Virus record (IMG/VR): IMGVR_UViG_3300042561_000621
From: a virus
Lineage: Duplodnaviria; Heunggongvirae; Uroviricota; Caudoviricetes
Length of the DNA: 64,000 nucleotides
Strand: one strand, 5' to 3'
Shown here in pieces: positions 38,639 through 48,179 of the stretch; position 1 is the first letter of the stretch; the number at the start of each line of letters is the position of its first letter. The position numbers and the translations under genes are program-made. The notes under the pieces were generated by a model. That model did no database searches. It worked only from the letters and a program-made list of their open reading frames with translations, and was not told the origin of the DNA.

Positions 38639-40289
38639 TTGTTTCTTCTTTTTCTGTATTATTATTTTGATGTTTGTTATAAAAATCAACTAACTCAATG
38701 TAGTGTGTAATATGACTTTTATTTTGTATATTATTATAACCATAAGAATTAATACTACCTTTAATAATAGGATATGTATTATCTATATCTTGTATTAAAT
38801 CCCTCATATTAAAAGCGCCATGTTTAAGTTCTAACAGACCTTCACTAATAAAATGATTTATTAACTGTTTATGTTTTAACTTAGTATCAAATACTTTAGC
38901 ATCTTCTAAAAACATTGTTATAGGATGATTAGGATGTTCTTTAATAAAATCTGTTTTATATTCAATTTCATTAATATAATTAGATCTATAACTGTTTAAA
39001 TATAAAGTAAAGTTACTATTTAAAACACTAAAATCATCTAGTATAAGTTGAATTAAATCAGTCCAACTATCTTTAACAAGACTTACATCATTAACAACAT
39101 ATATGTCTTTATTTATATAATTAAATAGTAAGGGTTTTAAATAAGTATTAACATACTTACTATAAAAGTCCATTGATATATAATAAACATTCTTACTTAG
39201 CAACTCTTTACTAATGTTTAATTCTCTACCAATCTCACCATCATATGTTGATAATCTATAACACTTTTTGTTTGTTTTAACTGATGCTTTTCTAACTTTA
39301 GTTGCTTTAACAAGTCTATCAACTGGTAAGAAATTAGATAAACATGGTAAATTATAGTAATTATTATCAATGTTATTAACAAGAATAATCTTACTAAGAT
39401 CTGATTCTACATCTTCACATTGTTCTAACTCTTTAACTGTTGGAATATAATTTAAATCATTGTAATAATATATTTTAGAGCTATAAAAACGTTCACCATA
39501 AGTAGAAGTATAAGGATTACATTTATAACTCTTTTTAGTACTTAGGTATCTAACAATATCACACAACCATTTTCTATCACTAACAGTTTTACCACTCCAA
39601 TTAACACTATCAGTATTAAAGTTATTCTTATATAAGAAAGTTAAAACATCTGTAAAACATGTAAAATCTTTAACTTTAATAGCAACTAACTCTTTATAGT
39701 CTTCTACTATTTGAGTGATTAAAGAACATAATGTATTCTTTGTTCTAGTACTAAGTTGTACATTCTTATCAGCAGCTTGATCAATGGAGCCAATAGGTAT
39801 ATTAAACACTACAGCATTAGTTCTTAATCTAGATTCAATATAGCCATATACATCACTATTTAAAGTATATTTTAAGTCTTGTAATTTAATATAGTTAGGT
39901 AAACCACCAATTAAACCCACCAAATTGTTAGCATTTGCAAAAGATGTAGCATGTGTTTTAAATGATTTAAACTCTTCATTATAGATTGGTGGCTGAACTA
40001 AAACACCATCAATGTTTACATTAGTTAAGTATTTAGTATGTTCTTTAACATAGTTAGATAAAGTAGTAAAGTCTTCATTTTTAATCTCAAATGAAATAGA
40101 AACACCCGTTAGTTCTTCTTCATTGTTAGTTACATTTTCTTCTAGTAATAGAGAAACAAAGACTTTATTGTTGTCTTTACTAATTACATACTCTCTCTTA
40201 TACTTGGCACCATCACTATCAATTGTAATACAAGTAGCAGTGTATAAGTCTGTATATGCTAAAGGTGACATTCTGCCAATTCCTACATG
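38628..40289 (-). CDS. GHKL-family ATPase, GyrB / type II topoisomerase ATPase-subunit-like, 3' exon
   Basis: In the joined product DVLGG|IGRMSPLAY resembles the G2 box (GGLHGVGVSVVNALS); LSTRTKNTL resembles the transducer QTK loop (SSQTKDKL); LYTATCITIDSDGAKYKREY resembles LELVIQREGKIHRQIY. Confidence 0.45.
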   Translation of the reverse strand, partial: HVGIGRMSPLAYTDLYTATCITIDSDGAKYKREYVISKDNNKVFVSLLLEENVTNNEEELTGVSISFEIKNEDFTTLSNYVKEHTKYLTNVNIDGVLVQPPIYNEEFKSFKTHATSFANANNLVGLIGGLPNYIKLQDLKYTLNSDVYGYIESRLRTNAVVFNIPIGSIDQAADKNVQLSTRTKNTLCSLITQIVEDYKELVAIKVKDFTCFTDVLTFLYKNNFNTDSVNWSGKTVSDRKWLCDIVRYLSTKKSYKCNPYTSTYGERFYSSKIYYYNDLNYIPTVKELEQCEDVESDLSKIILVNNIDNNYYNLPCLSNFLPVDRLVKATKVRKASVKTNKKCYRLSTYDGEIGRELNISKELLSKNVYYISMDFYSKYVNTYLKPLLFNYINKDIYVVNDVSLVKDSWTDLIQLILDDFSVLNSNFTLYLNSYRSNYINEIEYKTDFIKEHPNHPITMFLEDAKVFDTKLKHKQLINHFISEGLLELKHGAFNMRDLIQDIDNTYPIIKGSINSYGYNNIQNKSHITHYIELVDFYNKHQNNNTEKEETNDN

Positions 40290-40359
40290 TTATTCCTGTA
40301 TTACTACAGGCATGGACTATATCATCATTAATAATTTAATATTAATGCGGGACGCTGTA

Positions 40360-40968
40360 CTATATATTTATTGCTTTATACTTCATACATTCAATTTGAT
40401 TAACATAAGGTCTTACTATTTCTAAGAATCTTCTACCTTCTTTAGTAGACATTCTTAGTCTGTATAGATTTTTATGCTTTGTTATCTTCCAAGTAATATC
40501 CCATTTATCTTGAAAATATTTAACTATTGTTTCATTTTCTTCTTTTGATAAATAAGTACTAAGAACTAATTCCCAAGCATGTATCTTGCCATTTCTTTTC
40601 TTAGGATATAAAGAACCATCATCCATCCACCAAATAGCTAATCCTATAGGAGTTAATCTATTTAAAGCTTTAAGAGGTATAGTTTTTACTTTATTTTTAT
40701 ATAAATATTTATGTAAAACTCTAAAATATTTATGTCCTTTTTCTAAGATAACAGCGGGATATTTCCTATTAACTATCTGTCTAACATTTATATTAGATTG
40801 AAAGATATTTCTAATTAAATTAGCTTTCCAATCTAAATATTCTTTTTGTTTTAGACAGTGAGTAATGGTCAACCTACCATATAATGAAGCATGACTAGGT
40901 TTTGCAACGCAGCCATCTCCAAAAATAATTCCCATCAATATTGAAATGTTTTCTTTTGTTTTTAGCAT
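40360..40968 (-). CDS. LAGLIDADG homing endonuclease (double-motif), located between the R and S elements (P8-loop position)
   Basis: LMGIIFGDGCVAK and LAIWWMDDGSLY. Confidence 0.7.
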   Translation of the reverse strand: MLKTKENISILMGIIFGDGCVAKPSHASLYGRLTITHCLKQKEYLDWKANLIRNIFQSNINVRQIVNRKYPAVILEKGHKYFRVLHKYLYKNKVKTIPLKALNRLTPIGLAIWWMDDGSLYPKKRNGKIHAWELVLSTYLSKEENETIVKYFQDKWDITWKITKHKNLYRLRMSTKEGRRFLEIVRPYVNQIECMKYKAINI

Positions 40969-41098
40969 ATCTTTTCACACTCTTGGCGTGGATATAAAAT
41001 AATATAGATAGTCTCTGAACCTTCAGAAAATATATCTTCTGCTTGGCTGCTGATTGCCCTCAACACTACTTGGTGGGGTTTCCAGCAATTCATCCCGT

Positions 41099-41767
41099 TT
41101 AAAGTGGACAAGGCTTTTTATTTTTACTATACTCATTACTATTAAAATTTTTGCTCCAAGTAAAATTATTTATGACATCCCACTTTCTTTGTAGATACAA
41201 AGCATTATGATTTGTCATTAAATTTACTAAATTTATTATGCTAGTTTGACGACCAACTTTTAACTCATATTGGTTTCTTCTTGCAACTACACAATATCTA
41301 ATGTCATATTCATCATAGATAGCCATTATATATTTAAAGAACGAAGCACAATTTCCATATATTGTAATTCTTTTATTATTAGTTGAATTAACATATACAT
41401 TACCATCACCATCAAAAACACCTCTTAAGAAATCACCAGGATATAATAATTTTCCAGGATTACCTAATAGATCTTTGTTCTTCATACTTTTACTTGGCAC
41501 TAAACCATGACTCATTAAATCAATAACTAACTGTTTGCTATAACAATAGATTAACCAGCATTTATGATACTTTTCTTTTTTAGGTAAACAAAAGAAAGGA
41601 AACACTTCAACTATTCTATCTAATAATTCAACATCATTAATTTTGATTCTGCAACAGTAAGATTGTCCAATATTATTTGTAATAGATCCATCACTATAAA
41701 ATTAAACCTAATAAATAAGCTTTATTTGGAGTGTCAATTATTTTAAATTCATCAGTATATTTCATAA
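41099..41767 (-). pseudogene. frameshifted LAGLIDADG homing endonuclease gene
   Basis: ATG at 41767 gives MKYTDEFKIIDTPNKAYLLGLIL, then a stop. The +1 frame continues FYSDGSITNN...FDGDGNVY, so a single indel falls inside LAGLIDADG motif 1. The N-terminal region is nucleotide-homologous to the HEG at 37195..37824. Confidence 0.55.
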
Positions 41768-41837
41768 TTAGATAATAGTTATTTTATTATCTAATTATAG
41801 CAAAAAGTTATATAAGTTAAACATACCTTATATACTT

Positions 41838-42176
41838 TTATCCACCTAATACATCATTACTAGTACTTTTAGTTGAAAGTCCTACTTTAGTGTATTCATT
41901 CAACATAAACTCTTTACTAATACCATTAGCATAATCTCTAATAGTTATATTATTAGTAAAGTAATTAGGAAGCCAAATGTCTACTGGCCTAGTTATATTG
42001 TGTTTACTATGTTCATCCAGAGAATTGCTGCAAACTTCCTTAAATGCAGCAAGTAAAGTGTTGCTATAAATATTATTTCTAAGAAGACTAATAATAAGAC
42101 CAGATCTTTCTTCATCTATAGAAAAAACATTCTGGTCTAAATTAGTACTAATATTCTCATTTATTGTTGGAATCAT
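41838..42176 (-). CDS. GHKL-family ATPase (GyrB-like), 5' exon
   Basis: EVCSNSLDE (N box, ExxxNSxDE) and ITIRDYANGIS (G1 box, IxVxDNGRGIP); ends ...STKSTSNDVLGG at the intron. Confidence 0.45.
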   Translation of the reverse strand: MIPTINENISTNLDQNVFSIDEERSGLIISLLRNNIYSNTLLAAFKEVCSNSLDEHSKHNITRPVDIWLPNYFTNNITIRDYANGISKEFMLNEYTKVGLSTKSTSNDVLGG

Positions 42177-42243
42177 AAATTACATTATTAAGTTAAAGTA
42201 CAAATTACTCCTTAATAACAAACTTAAATAAAATAGGTGCAAA

Positions 42244-42699
42244 TTAAAGTTTATGTGTTCTTAAATTATCTTTTAACTCAGTTCTAAGTTGTTCTAAATA
42301 CTCAATGATCCATTTATGACCAGCATCAATTTGTTTACCATTAAACACATAATAATGACTAAAGGGTAAAGTAGAATCTACAAAGTTAAAGTATTGAGGA
42401 CCACCAGCAACTTTGATTTTAATGGCCTGTTTAATAATAGATTTAAACTCATCATCAGATAATGTTACAACTTTAGGTAAAGATCTACCTAACTGTTTAG
42501 CAGCAAAGCCAGACATTGATTTAAGTCTATTATCTCTAGTTGATAACCAATACCACAAACCTTCAATTGAATCAAATCTACCAAGGGATTCTAAATTTAT
42601 AGGATATCTATACCAGTTAGATAAGAAAACACCTAACACAGTTTTACCTTGTGAATAAATATTAATATGATCAATACCATCATTATTTGGATCAAACAT
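42244..42699 (-). CDS. hypothetical protein; weak NADAR/YbiA-like pattern
   Basis: VLGVFLSNWYRYP...FDSIEGLWYWL loosely resembles the LSNF...F.S.EH NADAR core. Confidence 0.25.
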   Translation of the reverse strand: MFDPNNDGIDHINIYSQGKTVLGVFLSNWYRYPINLESLGRFDSIEGLWYWLSTRDNRLKSMSGFAAKQLGRSLPKVVTLSDDEFKSIIKQAIKIKVAGGPQYFNFVDSTLPFSHYYVFNGKQIDAGHKWIIEYLEQLRTELKDNLRTHKL

Positions 42700-42711
42700 A
42701 ATTAAAACTCT

Positions 42712-43293
42712 TTAAGTATCATTTACATTACTAAACTTATTTAATTCATCTTGAACAAGTTGATTATATCTGTCTTGTTTTCTCTTTTGTTCTAATCTAA
42801 AAGTATTATTGATTAGTGTTTCAGTAGCTTCATCTATTGTTAGAAACAAGTCACTATTAGTAATAGAATTAACTACAAAATCTACATCTTCATCTAATCT
42901 TTTAATGCCTACTTGAGAATAAGCATAGGGCCCTTTAAACATGTCTTGAGTAAGACTAACATGATTATCAATTGATGTTATTTCACCTCTAATCAAAGTA
43001 AAGTTATGTTTATCAAAGTAGTAAACAACATCGCCAACTTTAAACTTAGTTAACACATTAGATATGTCAACCTCTTTATTGTTTATTAATACCTCCGTGT
43101 TTTCTATCTGATTAAAGAAGTAGTCAAGATATCCAAAAATACTATTATAAGATAAATGAATTTTAGTATTACCAGTTAAACATTTAAAAGTAGGAATTAA
43201 CTGTATTTCAGTGTTATTTACAACATAATCAATAGTAGCCTCTAAATAGTTACATTTATCTTTTATTAGTTGTTTTAGTTTTTGTTTATCCAT
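42712..43293 (-). CDS. hypothetical protein (193 aa)
   Basis: ORF. Confidence 0.45.
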   Translation of the reverse strand: MDKQKLKQLIKDKCNYLEATIDYVVNNTEIQLIPTFKCLTGNTKIHLSYNSIFGYLDYFFNQIENTEVLINNKEVDISNVLTKFKVGDVVYYFDKHNFTLIRGEITSIDNHVSLTQDMFKGPYAYSQVGIKRLDEDVDFVVNSITNSDLFLTIDEATETLINNTFRLEQKRKQDRYNQLVQDELNKFSNVNDT

Positions 43294-43300
43294 ATGTTTA

Positions 43301-43546
43301 TTATTTAATAGTAGTTAGAATTACTTGGCCCAAATTATTTACATAGAATTTAACAGTTAAACTGGTAGAGATGGTATCTTCTACTATAGAATTACTTACT
43401 TCTTTTTCAACAATAGTAAGACCAATTGCATTCTCAGCACCCCAACAAATGACATTATTATCATTACACAAGACAGAATCAAGTTGCTTTAAAAGGTTAA
43501 CTTTTAACTCTTGTGAAACATCTCTAGGTATTAAGTCATTAGACAT
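43301..43546 (-). CDS. hypothetical protein (81 aa)
   Basis: ORF. Confidence 0.35.
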   Translation of the reverse strand: MSNDLIPRDVSQELKVNLLKQLDSVLCNDNNVICWGAENAIGLTIVEKEVSNSIVEDTISTSLTVKFYVNNLGQVILTTIK

Positions 43547-43576
43547 ATAATTACTCTTTATTGTGTATTGTTTAAG

Positions 43577-44185
43577 TTAACTTACAAACATTTGAATGTG
43601 CTGAATGATAAAAGTATCAATATCAACATCTACATCAATTAACAAGGCTTTTAAAGGCTCTTTTAAACCCTCTTTAATACAAAGTTTAATTAGATTGATT
43701 AGAGCTAAATTCTTGGTAACTTCCTCATTTTCTGACAGTTTACTAGAGTGATAAAATATAAAGTTGGTGCCACTAGTAAGAATGTCTTGATTAGAAGTAA
43801 GACTTGTTAAGGCTGCAATAAAAGCAGTTCTAAGTTCAATTTGTTCATAGTGCAACTTATAATCAGAAACAAAGTTACTAAATATAGAATCACAATTAAT
43901 AGAATCATTGTTAAACTTTTCAAAGTCAGCTTTAGTTAGAGGTTTATCATCAACATTACTAACAAGCATATTATTCAATGACAAATACTGACAAATTGTT
44001 AAGGCTAAAGCTTCAACTGCTTCTTCATTCTCATCTACTAAAACATCTTTTAAACAAGTACTAACAGTTTTAAAAGCAGTAGGTGGCACCTTATTAATAT
44101 CTTTAACAATAATTAAAGAGGCTAATAGTTTTTCCTGTTCAAGTTCAGACATTGAAGAGATTAAATCAGAGAGATTAAGAGACAT
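43577..44185 (-). CDS. hypothetical protein (202 aa)
   Basis: ORF. Confidence 0.45.
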   Translation of the reverse strand: MSLNLSDLISSMSELEQEKLLASLIIVKDINKVPPTAFKTVSTCLKDVLVDENEEAVEALALTICQYLSLNNMLVSNVDDKPLTKADFEKFNNDSINCDSIFSNFVSDYKLHYEQIELRTAFIAALTSLTSNQDILTSGTNFIFYHSSKLSENEEVTKNLALINLIKLCIKEGLKEPLKALLIDVDVDIDTFIIQHIQMFVS

Positions 44186-44208
44186 ATATTATTACCTACA
44201 TTTTATTA

Positions 44209-44229
44209 TTAATTAATTAATTAATTAAT
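44209..44229. repeat. (TTAA)5 palindromic tetranucleotide repeat
   Basis: Read directly from sequence in an intergenic region. Confidence 0.8.
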
Positions 44230-44264
44230 ACCTTAAGCTATAACTGTTGATCGCTAGTAAAATA

Positions 44265-44921
44265 CTAAACACTATAAGTATGTTTAGGTACTGATGAATA
44301 CAAGCTTGTAATCTTTTGTTCAACTAGTCTTACATCATAGATGACATTAACATCACCCCATCTAGTAATAGGAGTAGTAGTACCAAATCGTTGATTAGAA
44401 GAGCCTGATAAAGCAATGCCACCAGCATTGTAAGTGGCACTTTTAGTATTTTCACTATAATCATCACTAGCACTTAAAGAACAACCTCTAATGCCACCAG
44501 CAGATTTACTTTGTAGCTTAAATGGTGTTTGTGGTTGTTCTTGTTCTGATCTAAACCAAATACTTACTCTACCATAATCATCATCTGATACAAAGTTTTC
44601 AACTGTCTCTTTAAACTCAGAACTACTCTTTCTAACAAAGGTAAACTGTTCACCATTGCTCTTATAAGTTTCTAGTGTAACCCCTTGAAATGGTGATAGA
44701 ATCCAAGCACCAATAAAGGCTTGCTCATCACCAACTTTGCCATTTAGATACACATCAATCTGCATTCTAACTGGTAAAGGATTATTAATTTTAATTTTAA
44801 ATACATCCTCATGTTTAAGAGCCACATGACTCATATCATTAGGATAAACAATAGAATTATCTTGTTTTAAAATATAAAACTTAAACTTGTTGTTACTTGT
44901 ATGATAACTTGATAATGACAT
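44265..44921 (-). CDS. hypothetical protein (218 aa)
   Basis: ORF. Confidence 0.45.
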   Translation of the reverse strand: MSLSSYHTSNNKFKFYILKQDNSIVYPNDMSHVALKHEDVFKIKINNPLPVRMQIDVYLNGKVGDEQAFIGAWILSPFQGVTLETYKSNGEQFTFVRKSSSEFKETVENFVSDDDYGRVSIWFRSEQEQPQTPFKLQSKSAGGIRGCSLSASDDYSENTKSATYNAGGIALSGSSNQRFGTTTPITRWGDVNVIYDVRLVEQKITSLYSSVPKHTYSV

Positions 44922-45416
44922 ATTAATTTTCTCTTTATTAATTTACAATTTATTTAATATTTAAACTTTATAATATTTATAATAAAACCCTCTTATAAAC
45001 AGCACTGCAAAGAAGGCAAGAACTATTTATAAAAGGGTTTTAAAATATAGCTAACACCGCAGCCAGAGGATAACTCAAGGTTGATTTAATAACCACCTAT
45101 AACCTTTAATCTGGATTTAAAATAACTTTAACATTTAATGATTAATCTTTGAGTGTATACTATAGCATCTGTTATAGAATATACAATTTGATCTTTAAAC
45201 TTATAAACTTTAACTTTTAACTTTTAAACTTTAAGAATAAATTTTCCACTACCATGAGTCACAGCTAGGATAATCTTAGTTTAGGTTTTGCTAACATGCA
45301 AAGTATTATATAGTCCTGAGACAGCAGGACTAACTGTATTAAAATTATGAGTTACACTATGCAGCTAATGATATAAACATTATTATATTACATTACTTCT
45401 AATAATGTAGTTAGTT
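44922..45416. other. 495-nt ORF-free structured region (candidate ncRNA, degenerate intron-like element or replication/packaging site)
   Basis: No ORF of 60 aa or more on either strand in an otherwise gene-dense genome. It has a 16-bp imperfect hairpin at 44985-45045, a stem agtcctg/caggact, an R/S-like AUAUAGUCC element, and aacttttaa repeats. Confidence 0.4.
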
Positions 45417-46082
45417 TTATACTACAAGAATTGTAGTAGCATTTGACTTAGAAATGGCCCTATCAAGCTCATTGTTAAAGCTATCAACATACTCTTGCAA
45501 TCTTTCAATTTCTCCCACAATACCAATAGGATCAACTCTAATAGGTTGATTAGTAGGACTAAATGTTTTAGTACATTCTTCTACAAACTTACTATTATCT
45601 GCTTTAATATCCTTTAAAGCAGCTTGTTTACCAATATAGTCTTGCAACTCAATGTTATATTGTTTTGTTGCTTCTACAAGTTCTCTTTCAATTTTAAAGT
45701 TAACTTGTTTAAGTCTTTCTAGTAAAGTCTTTTCAAGTACAAGAGACTTTCTTCTTTCAATAATTTCAGCAATAGTAAAAGATTCACCTAATATAGTAAC
45801 AGTATTAATAAGCACGGCATCTTTAGTCACACCAGCATTAGATCTAATAATAGCAGACTTAAGCTTATGTCTTCTTTTAATCAAATCATTAATAGATTGA
45901 TAACCAGATTTAGTAATCTGTTTAAATTCTTCAACTTGAGCTTGTAGTTTAGGGCTTACAAGTTTTTCTTTACTGATCATATCTAGAGTAGCCCTGCTGA
46001 TGTTATCAGGGATTTGTTTATCAAGTAGTGTAACATCAGCAAGAGCATCAGTAACACAATAGTTATTTGCAGTAATAGTCAT
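45417..46082 (-). CDS. hypothetical coiled-coil protein (E/K/L-rich; scaffold-like composition)
   Basis: 221-aa ORF with heptad-like charged composition. Confidence 0.4.
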   Translation of the reverse strand: MTITANNYCVTDALADVTLLDKQIPDNISRATLDMISKEKLVSPKLQAQVEEFKQITKSGYQSINDLIKRRHKLKSAIIRSNAGVTKDAVLINTVTILGESFTIAEIIERRKSLVLEKTLLERLKQVNFKIERELVEATKQYNIELQDYIGKQAALKDIKADNSKFVEECTKTFSPTNQPIRVDPIGIVGEIERLQEYVDSFNNELDRAISKSNATTILVV

Positions 46083-46095
46083 ATTATTTAACCTT

Positions 46096-46150
46096 TTAAT
46101 GTGTTTAATGTTTAATATTTAATGTGTTTAATGTTTAATATTTAATGTAT
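46096..46150. repeat. tandem direct repeat, about 2.2 copies of a 25-nt unit (ttaatgtgtttaatgtttaatattt)
   Basis: Read directly from sequence, upstream of gene 45417..46082. Confidence 0.75.
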
Positions 46151-46158
46151 GTAGCAAA

Positions 46159-46410
46159 TTAATTAGCAGTATCTGCTAACAATTCTTTAACATACTCTTG
46201 ATCAACTGATTTAAGCAAGTCTAATGCAAATGCAGGATTAGTATGTTGTATAATCTTAGCATACTTTCTAATAGCAACTCTAACAGCAGAACCATCTTTA
46301 ATATTATTAGCATCATATCTTAATACTATATATTTAGCTTTAGGATCAATAGGAGAACCATCTGCTTTAGATATAATAAACTTATCATATAAACCTTGTT
46401 GTTCAGACAT
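46159..46410 (-). CDS. hypothetical protein (83 aa)
   Basis: ORF. Confidence 0.4.
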   Translation of the reverse strand: MSEQQGLYDKFIISKADGSPIDPKAKYIVLRYDANNIKDGSAVRVAIRKYAKIIQHTNPAFALDLLKSVDQEYVKELLADTAN

Positions 46411-46412
46411 AT

Positions 46413-47495
46413 TTAATTAGTTTCATCTTTACCATGTTTCTTCATAAATCTATCATTCTTAACTTTAATAAAATGTTTACCATTGCTGATAACTACACCT
46501 TCATTAGGTGTAACACCATCTAATACACATACACTTTGTTGTGCAAAGTTATTAGCAAGTTCAAGTGTAGTAATTGAATTAAATGGTCCTCTATATAATT
46601 CAGGTACAATGTTAATATTAATATCTCTAAAGTTATTTAAATCAACATAAACTCCATCAATATACACAGAATATAAAAACATAGTTGGTTCCTTAAAACC
46701 ATAGCTAAAACCTTTGATAGTGCTTATAACTTCTCCAACAAGTTGTACTTGACTATCAAAGATATTAAAGCCTTTAATAGATGTTAACCTATCCCAAAAC
46801 TGGACACTAGCAAAAGGTGTTCTAAACATATTAGACCAGCCTTTACTATATACATTATCAACATCTTCCTTAAATACTAAACCATTATCCCATAAACCTT
46901 TACTAGTAAATATTAAAGAAGGACATTGTTCTCGTTCTTGTTTATCATAGTTCCATAATACATTTACTTGTGTACCATGTAACTTACTTGTAATAGTTAT
47001 TAATTCATCTTCAACAAACTTATTTAAGTATACAGAAGCATATTTACAATCATGTTTAATATCCCTTTTAAAAGGTCTACGATTATAAACTTCAACGGTG
47101 TTTATAATTTCATCAGGTACTTCTGGAATATACTTTTCAACATCTAATAAACTAGTTACATCTGTACCTAATTCAAGAGTATTAAGGTCAACACCAGTAA
47201 TCTCCTTAAACAAATCTTCTCTAACTACAATACCTTGTGATTCTTGGCCTCTCATAATTTTAAAGCCAACTTTATTACCTTCTTTACCTTGTAGATATTG
47301 CCCCCATTCTCTAATAAAAACCGGATGTTTTACAATACTATTCTTAGGAATAGCAACAGCTTTATCACCAGATACATATAGACCTTTTTGAACTACATAT
47401 TGTTGTTCTCCAATACCTACTAACTCTAAACTTGTAGTTTCTGGATCAGGATGAGGATATACTTTTACTTCTTCTACACATACTTTATATAACAT
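46413..47495 (-). CDS. RNA ligase (Rnl2/Rnl5-like nucleotidyltransferase) with an N-terminal extension of about 150 aa
   Basis: Motif I TSKLHGTQ (KxHG, compare T4 Rnl2 EKIHGTN), motif IV NEGVVIS and motif V HFIKVKNDRF. Confidence 0.55.
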   Translation of the reverse strand: MLYKVCVEEVKVYPHPDPETTSLELVGIGEQQYVVQKGLYVSGDKAVAIPKNSIVKHPVFIREWGQYLQGKEGNKVGFKIMRGQESQGIVVREDLFKEITGVDLNTLELGTDVTSLLDVEKYIPEVPDEIINTVEVYNRRPFKRDIKHDCKYASVYLNKFVEDELITITSKLHGTQVNVLWNYDKQEREQCPSLIFTSKGLWDNGLVFKEDVDNVYSKGWSNMFRTPFASVQFWDRLTSIKGFNIFDSQVQLVGEVISTIKGFSYGFKEPTMFLYSVYIDGVYVDLNNFRDININIVPELYRGPFNSITTLELANNFAQQSVCVLDGVTPNEGVVISNGKHFIKVKNDRFMKKHGKDETN

Positions 47496-47588
47496 ATTAA
47501 TTAAAACTCCTTAAACAAATAAACCTACAATAAACAAAACAATTACAATATATTTATGTATATATAAACTATATAAAACTTTAAATAT

Positions 47589-47840
47589 ATGGCAGCTAAA
47601 AAGAAAGTATACGTCTTTAAAAAAGAGGACAAATCAGCTAAAGGTGGTTTAACTGAAAAGGGGAGACAAGCTTATAATAAAGCTACAGGTTCTAACTTAA
47701 AACCACCTCAACCACAGGGAGGAGCTAGAAAGGATAGTTTCTGTGCTAGAAGTCTTGGACAAAAGAATAAATTTGGAATTGATTGTACAAAAACACCAGA
47801 CAAAAGAATATGTTTAGCTAGAAAAAGATGGAAATGTTAA
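47589..47840 (+). CDS. small basic Cys-containing protein (83 aa, MAAKKK...)
   Basis: Plus-strand ORF; its MAAK N-terminus and K-rich composition resemble the small gene at 62498..62650. Confidence 0.4.
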   Translation: MAAKKKVYVFKKEDKSAKGGLTEKGRQAYNKATGSNLKPPQPQGGARKDSFCARSLGQKNKFGIDCTKTPDKRICLARKRWKC

Positions 47841-48067
47841 TTACTTTCATTTCTTTGCATAAGCCAATAATTTAACTCTTCAGTTGTAAAACCAACAGCT
47901 TTAATAGTAAATTTATTATCTAAAAAATGAGTTGTTAAATCAAGTAGCTTCCACCAACTATTATTATAATAAACTTGACTGTAAATGTCATCATTTACAC
48001 ATTCAAAGACAATATTATTGTCAGTATCTAGTACTTTAAAGTATGTATAATCCATATTAAATCTCAC
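47837..48067 (-). CDS. hypothetical protein (76 aa)
   Basis: ORF. Confidence 0.35.
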   Translation of the reverse strand: MRFNMDYTYFKVLDTDNNIVFECVNDDIYSQVYYNNSWWKLLDLTTHFLDNKFTIKAVGFTTEELNYWLMQRNESN

Positions 48068-48089
48068 TTCTATTAATTTAAAACAAATA

Positions 48090-48125
48090 AAAGCTCTTGT
48101 TATTAACTAAAATAACAAGAGCTTT
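48090..48125 (-). terminator. rho-independent terminator (15-bp perfect stem)
   Basis: aaagctcttgttatt ... aataacaagagcttt, followed on the minus strand by a U-rich tract. Confidence 0.65.
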
Positions 48126-48179
48126 TATGATATATAACATAATGCATTTAATAATACATTACAATTCTAAACATCTTTA

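Larger units (their letters stand above)
40290..41837 (-). mobile_element. group I intron region (about 1.55 kb) carrying two LAGLIDADG endonuclease genes; could be one twin-ORF intron or two adjacent introns
   Basis: A consensus R element GGUUCAGAGACUAUC sits at about 41008-41022 and an S element GAUGAUAUAGUCCAUG at about 40303-40318 (minus-strand RNA). The flanking exons encode consecutive GHKL motifs. Confidence 0.5.

Noticed and set aside
38039-40271. ORFs 38039..38689 and 38628..40271 as one frameshifted gene
   Set aside because: The upstream ORF ends with its own TAA, and the downstream gene has an ATG (38638) overlapping that stop in the ATGA-type coupling pattern seen elsewhere in this genome. 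Treated as two genes.
45417-46082. Joining 45417..46082 and 44265..44921 across the 495-nt gap as a split gene
   Set aside because: Both ORFs have their own ATG and stop codons and no shared conserved motif is interrupted. The gap is better treated as a separate non-coding element.
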